NCBI RefSeq assembly: GCF_964204645.1
Contig: NC_134027.1
Coordinates: forward strand, 23,336,560 to 23,400,559
Reading direction: 5' to 3'
Source: Tubulanus polymorphus
Lineage: Eukaryota; Animalia; Nemertea
DNA: 64,000 bases
Shown: positions 57,022 through 64,000 of the stretch, in pieces
How positions within the stretch are numbered: the stretch's first letter is position 1
Layout of the letters: every line of letters starts with the position of its first letter
The notes under the pieces: generated by a model
Told to the model about the DNA's origin: nothing
The model's database searches: none
Seen by the model: the letters and a program-made list of their open reading frames with translations, nothing else
Program-made: the position numbers and the translations under genes

Positions 57022-58642
57022 CTTAGACGAGGGGTGCGCATTGGATCATGGGAAAAACATTTGCATCATGGATGATTAAGATGGCAACCCGGTTGGTATT
57101 TTAATCGCAGATTACGGTAAATTTAATCATTTTTACCGCACCATCAAGGTCAAAGCCCATATTCAAGAGCGTGTGTAATAATCACTAACAGTTTACAGTT
57201 TGTAAATAGTTTGTAAATGTGAAAGTTATTAATTGTATTTATTTATTTATTTATTACTCACCACAGTTTTACGAACCAATCCTATTTGCTCACTCGAACT
57301 TCATATTTTCTTGTATTCGTACCTAATATATTTGTGTTTGTTTTGAATGTGTGCCACTTCAGGCCTATAACGTATTTTTTCTATATTAGGTTTTTCTAGT
57401 TATGAATATATGCATGTACTGACTTGCATAAATTGTGTGTATTTATTTATATTTTAACTTCGTAACGATGTTTACGCAAATAAAGCAAAGTAATCAAACC
57501 GAACCTGTCTTTGTCTTCAGAATACACTAAAAATCAATGTTCCTTTAAGTTGCATTCGTTTCAACGTCGGCCAGCTCGGTGTGCACACTACACTACTACA
57601 CGTATACAGTCGTCATATCGCTGGTGTCCTCATCTTACATTTCGACGTGTCTTCAAACGACGGCTTGTCCCGTGGAAAAGAATATCTAAAAGGGCTGCCG
57701 AAATAATTCTTATTATGGGAATGATATTAAAAAGGTGTATGTTCAATGGAAAGGTTCGATCCCCAATTAACTATCGTATTGTAGATTTTGGAAGCTATGA
57801 GTTCGAACACTTTCGATGTAGAAAGCAATGTCTCGAAAGCAATCTGCAGGGAATCGGCAATGCTGCTACTGTGGCAATCGAGTATCCGCCAGGTGCGCTA
57901 ACGGCTCATCTTTCTTTCCTCCAAAGGATTATAAAACTAAAATAGTCAAAATAAGATATTTCAAATAACTTTAATTTTTTTTTCTTAAATAAATGAATGA
58001 GATTGATTTCAGGGAACATAAGATACAATACTCTGGGCACTTTCTGTGTGGATTTTATCTAATCAGGAACCTTGATGTATTAAAAAGTCCAACTTTAGAT
58101 CTGGCTAAATTCATCCATCAAGTTTGGAGAAATAGAAAAAAATTTATCAGTCACCAGTATACGGAAATGTACCGGAGTTTTTCAATTGAGAGTAATTTTT
58201 CGAGGTTTGTTCCGAATAAGTAACTAGGAATAAACTTCAATTAGTGAGGAAACTAATTTATTCTGACTTTCCTTCGGAATAAACAAATTTTCATTTTTAT
58301 TTTCCCGGAACTCTTTTGTTAGTACAGATCGGTTGGAATAGAACCATAACTGGTTCTCAGTAAATACAGTTCATAAGCTATACCGAGAAAGTGGCTCAAT
58401 TCATCAGCATTGTATGAAATTTGAATGGCTCAGTGAATGTCGATAATCATCAGAGAAAGAATTTTTTAAAGAAGTTTAATAAATGGACCGACTCAACTGT
58501 CAGGCATTAAAGTGCAATAACTAGAAGTATAAATAGTTTCAGCTTTATCGAAATTAAATCGTTGACCTGTATTCCGAACCTGATTGGCTAAGCCACAAAA
58601 TATAACCGATCTCGTCAAAGCTGTACAAACACTGTGGCGATC

Positions 58643-61600
58643 ATGGCGATATCTAAAGCAATTCTCGTTCTTGTTTTTTCGCTCGGGAACGCCGTTTTAT
58701 CAGCCGGCCTAATCGATCCTCCTTGGCGCAGCGAATATCTCGACACGGCGAATAAATTCAAGTTAGAATGGCGAGTCAAAAACGCGAAAGTGCAGTTTCG
58801 GGTTTCGGTGCAAACCAACGGCTGGTTCGGGCTCGGTATTTCTCACGATTCACGGATGCCCAACAGCGACGTCGTAGTTGGATGGATGAACATAACATCC
58901 ATGTTTCAAACTGTAGGAAAGTTGGTCGTAAGTATTGTGAAAGCATGAAAATGATGTTGTAATTTTGCATATGATATCTATATATTTGATGAAAAATTTG
59001 CGCCGATTTCGGAAGAATCGTGTTAACCCGGTGTAGAATAAATACAACGATACAAATAGTACTTTATTGGTTAACTAGTTTATTTGACCAACGAGCTTTC
59101 GTTACTAGTGCATAATAGCTTCATCAGGTACTTATTCGCCTGGTGAAGCCACAATACACTAGAAGCGAAAGCTCGTGCTTCATATAAACTTATAGTGAAC
59201 CTATAAAGTACTATTCGTATCGTTTTAAATATCTACTTGCTTCGTTTATTTCTGCATAACTAAACGAATACGAAACTGATTTCAGGATGCTCATACGGGA
59301 CCGAGCAAGAGCAAACCAGTTGCAGATACAGATTCCAATTGGTTCCTTACCGAGGCCGCTTACACCAATCAGCGACTGAATTTCAGCTTTCATAGATTAC
59401 TGAAAACTAACGACAGCAAACAAGACATAGAAATCAAACATGTAAGTGATATCTTTATCAATAATAGCAGTTACATCCCCATCGAACTGAGAACCGAGAG
59501 GTTACCGTGCGTATCTGACTCAATATGTTGGAACTCCTGCAAAGGCTATGATCGATAGCGGAAAACGTAGACCACAATAAACCCCTAAATACGTATTTTG
59601 GCCATCTTCAGCAGTATCGTGTAGAAAGATCACAGTAACTACGTCTCTGTAAAGTCGGATCAGTGGTTCACTGACAGAACTGGGCTGTCACACGGAAGCT
59701 TTCTTTCGTTCATTGAATCTTTGTATATAGTCAAATGCTTGCTGTGTAATACATTCGAACTTGAATTTGAGCGCTATTTAGATCAGAGGTTCGCCCCTCG
59801 TGTGGGGAATGTACATGTTTTGTTCTTCTAAAATACCAGCACGGGCACAGGATATGTCAATGGATGAATGACCCGAACCAAGGAGATTACAACATCATTC
59901 ATAATATCTATACAAATTCGCGGCTAATGAATCGAAGAAAAGTTTGCAGTTCTGGGCTTAAAAATAAGCTACTGGTACCTCAAATACCACGCTTATGTCG
60001 AATGATGAGGGTTATTTAGACGCGTCGTCGAAAGGGAAATCTATACAGATGCCCAGGTCCAAGAAACGATATAGGCCTGCTAGTTTCAAAAGTGGTTTTG
60101 TAGGAATAAAAAGATTTAGCAAAATATCAGGGTAATGCTTTTACACGATTGACCTACATTTCCAAATAGGAATTTCCTTAATCGAAAGCAACAAGTCGAA
60201 TAATCAAATTCGTCGAAGCCATTTTTCATGATATTTCAAACCACGTCAGAGGGGTCGAAAGGGTCTGTCTAGGTATGTTTAATTCTTATTTGAATTGATA
60301 TTGTTCATATGGCGTGGATATCTGATAACGATGTTTAAAACCAGTTTTCCTGTCGATTCCATTCAGGAAATATTTTATGCTTCTTAAATTATATCGTTTC
60401 CTTTGAAATCATGTCTTCGTGATATTTCGTAGCAGGAATCTTTTATGAACGACCGTCTTTAACTTGAGCTTATGCGTTTATGATGTCGTCATAAGGACAT
60501 TGATTTATTACTCATTTACCATACATTTTTTCCAGCCATATTGATCTTCGCGTTCCAGAGTACAGAAAAGTTCACCACTTATATCTTAATACGTTTATGT
60601 TCATCCTTTCGAAACGTGCAGATAGATATGACGGACTTTTCTGCACCTCCAAAACTCGCAGATAAAACTGGCTGGGAAATGAACATGAGGACATATTATA
60701 GATAAAGATAGATATTTATTTTTCGTAAACCGTACATACAATATAATTGATAATCGATACTATTATTTTTTTTTTCATAAATACATGATGTAGATTTCAA
60801 TTTCTCTTTTACTATTTCAGGGAATGACACACGTAATCTGGGCGTATTCAGATAATAGACCTTCGTCATTGCAATCGATTTCATACCATGGAACCACCAG
60901 AGGCCACAAGTCCATCGAGATCTTGCCAGCGGTAACATTCATCTACATATCATTGATCTGATTTAAAAAGATGAAATTATTTACTTTGTCTAGTAAGGCC
61001 AGTTGCATAGATAGAAATTTATCAATAGTCGGAAGATCAACTTATTTCTGCAGCAAATATAACAACTTAAGACTAGTCTTTATTCTTGATATTTACGACC
61101 AAGACTTGGGTCTCAATTGTGAAACTGGGCCCAGTTTTATTCAAGATTTACACAGTGCTGGGTTGTTGGATTCCATTTATTTATAGTTGGATATATTTTC
61201 ATTTTCTTGTTAACAGAATCCGACGCCTGAACCAACACCAGAGCCGACGCCTGAACCATCAACATCAGAGCCCAGCCCTTCGACACAGTACCCGCGAAAA
61301 GTGTACCTCGACAACAAAAAGGAATACCTACTGGAATGGAGATACGACGGAAAAGAAATGAAAGGTGGTACAATAACATTCCGAGTCACTGTCAAAACTA
61401 CGGGCTACGTGGGCTTCGGGCTGTCCCAAAGCGGTGCCATGAAAGGATCGGATATAGTTATCGGCTGGGTAACCAACGGCAAAGCGCAACTCTACGTAAG
61501 AAAGAGCTGTCAAATATGTTTTCCATCGATCTGAATTTCAAATCCAACGAAAATATATCGTGGCTGATTCAGGCCATACTAAAAATAGCGAAACACGAGC

Positions 61601-63042
61601 AAGAAACAAATATTTATACAACAATTTTTTCTCGCGCGATCAATTAGTTTAGTTTTCGAACTTATCAATTTTTCGCGTCGGAAAACACAATTTTTGTGGC
61701 TAGAAAAGCAATATCTTTGAATATCCCATAACCCACCAGAGAAAACAAAACTTTATGATTACTCGCGCGAAAAAAACAAAAAGAAATGTGAGCACGTAAT
61801 TTGCCTACCGAATCAACCGCCATAGAAAATGTTTAACTTTTTACAATTTCATTTTTTGCAGGATATGCACGGTATCGGGAACGAAATACCACTACAGGAC
61901 AAGAAAAACAACTGGAACCTGATAGAGGGTAATGAAGAGAATGGCTATACACAACTAACGTTTTCTCGCAATCTAGATACGTGTGATGAAGGAGAAGATA
62001 TTAAGATTGAGGTAAAGGCGAAAAATGAATGCAATTGGTGGAGTACTGTAGATGCAAGCTATTGTCAGTTACCGATTTTTCAGTAGCTCAACAGAAGTTG
62101 AAGATCGAGGAAGCATCCGGGTAAAGCCAGGGGCGAACTTCGGTCTTCGTATTTAGTCGTTGATTAGCGGTCGGAACTTTTAAAATCGATCGCGCTACGC
62201 GGTTCGGTATAATTGCATGTCACGGTGTGTGTCGGCCATCTTGGAACTCGGTCCTGACATTCCGATTCACTTAGTTCGCAAATAGTCGACTAACTCCGAT
62301 AACTGATGTTCGCCCAGGTGTAGGTTGACCAACCAGTCGACGAGTCGCACATGTGCGTTCCCAGTCCTAACATACGCTGTTCAAAGACTCTTGTCGCACA
62401 CTGTCGCTGAGAAGATCTCAGTTGCAACCTGACGCAAGTCGACCTACGCGCACGACTCCTTTTTCGGCAGAGTGATCTTGGAATTTTCTACCCAAGACTT
62501 TTTGTTTAGAAAATGATGAAATTAGTGAATATATTTCATTACTTTTAATCTAAACCATGAAAGTGCTCAGAATGCATCTAATTTTTCAAAATGTTCTGGA
62601 GGAGCAAACACCCAGTCCCCGCCCCATATGTTAGTGGCCCGAGTAAGTAGTGCGCGCCCCCTTTTCCCAATAGCTAGATCCGTCCCTGATATACGGACCC
62701 CTGACCTGTTTTTTCTAGGGCGGTGTATATAAAGCAAAGGCGTATCATGCATCTGCAAGTACTTTTCTACCAATAAATCATTCTCCTTTAATATTGTGAA
62801 TGAACTAATGACCCATCCTAATGAAAGGTGTTTCTTTTTTCATTCAACGTCGCCCGGATGTTCATCAGTCTGGAGCAATAAAAATCATATTCTCATTCAA
62901 CAACGAAGACCCAATCGATATCGGCAATGCTAGATACCACGGGTCTAACCGAGGTGTACGTACTCTGTATTTACTGGATGAACCTGAACCGACCGTCAAG
63001 CCAGGACCTGACGTCAAAATCTACGACTTGCGGCCACGTAAG
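58643..63042 (+). CDS. MOXD1: MOXD1-like double-DOMON monooxygenase, tandem copy 2 (first six exons; continues beyond the window)
   Basis: Exons are near-identical to copy 1 and the upstream ~600 bp is also duplicated. Retains a Pro/Thr linker (NPTPEPTPEPTPEPSTSEPSPST) from 61217. Confidence 0.85.
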
Positions 63043-64000
63043 GTACAATAAGTAATATAGTTCACTATGAGTTCGATTCTGAATTTATTCATGTTCAATT
63101 ACGTCAAATTAACCATTGATGAAACACACTGTGCGTGTAGCAATGTAATCCTACAATTAGAAAAAGACTGGATATATCGGCTATAAATGCGTTCACTTTT
63201 CGCCCGTCGTCCGTAGACGGGCTGCAGTTAATTTGGAAGGTTTTAAGGACGCTTCAGTGGATTGTCTTGACATTTGGATACGAATAAAGCCCCTAGACAC
63301 ATCTTCAGCCTAACAAAACCTTGCCCGGTTAAAATTAAGATTGCCGACTGGAGGCCATTTTTGTTCGCCGAAATCGCCATTTTAGCAGATTTTTTTTCAA
63401 GTTTTCAAGGAAAATTTTGAAATCAGTTCAATCACTTACATTGATCTTTTACTTGTGTTTGTATAATCTCAGGGTCCATTAGAATAAGACAATTTGGGTC
63501 GATCGAACACGAGATGGTCGTCTTGTGACTTTTTGTTACAAAAATGATCATTTTTGCTCTTAAATGCTCTTAGAGGCTTCCTAGTGGATTACCATTTATC
63601 ATTGAAATTCGTGATGGGTAATGAGCTCAAAAAATTTCTGACAGTTTTCGTGATCAGTCAATCCTCACGCAATCGGCGGCCATCGTGTCATCAGTCATCA
63701 ATTTCGTAGATAGAAAAAGGGTTTTTGAGAAAGGTATGAACAGGTTTCAACTTACGTCTAGATATTTGGTAAGTGTCATAGGATTCATCTCACATGGAAT
63801 TGGGGTAATCCTATTTTCTTATTCTCGCCACTAGGGGGAATTGAATATTGAATTATGAACTATTTGTGTCTGTATATTGGTAATTATGGATATTGTGTTA
63901 CTGCGATCATTGCTAAGTCATAGCTCATAACATTTTCTCTGATTTTGCTGAGTTTTCAAGGTCATTGGTTTTTGTATATGGTCACCAGGGGGCGTTGAAT

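Overview
AT-rich genomic DNA from an invertebrate animal (spliceosomal introns, SINEs, MITEs). Positions 618-19672 are a complete ~19 kb Polinton/Maverick (adintovirus-like) endogenous virus. It has ~572 bp terminal inverted repeats, a 6 bp target-site duplication (AGCATC), an RVE integrase with chromodomain, an A32-type packaging ATPase, major and minor capsid genes, a protein-primed DNA polymerase B, an HNH-like nuclease and several membrane proteins. Four core genes carry internal TAA codons or frameshifts. Two unusual properties stand out: each end is itself a ~400 bp fold-back palindrome, and 14 of 16 genes start in a poxvirus-late-promoter-like TAAATG context. The element sits in one arm of a multi-kb host inverted repeat, and the other arm (about 24.3-28.1 kb) preserves the empty insertion site. 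The rest of the window holds a minus-strand gene built from a tandemly repeated two-exon cassette encoding KR-separated acidic peptides (31.4-35.6 kb), an intronless CD225/dispanin gene, two tandem double-DOMON MOXD1/DBH-like copper monooxygenase genes (the second runs off the window end), and many MITEs and SINEs. All calls were made by eye from motifs; no database searches were run.
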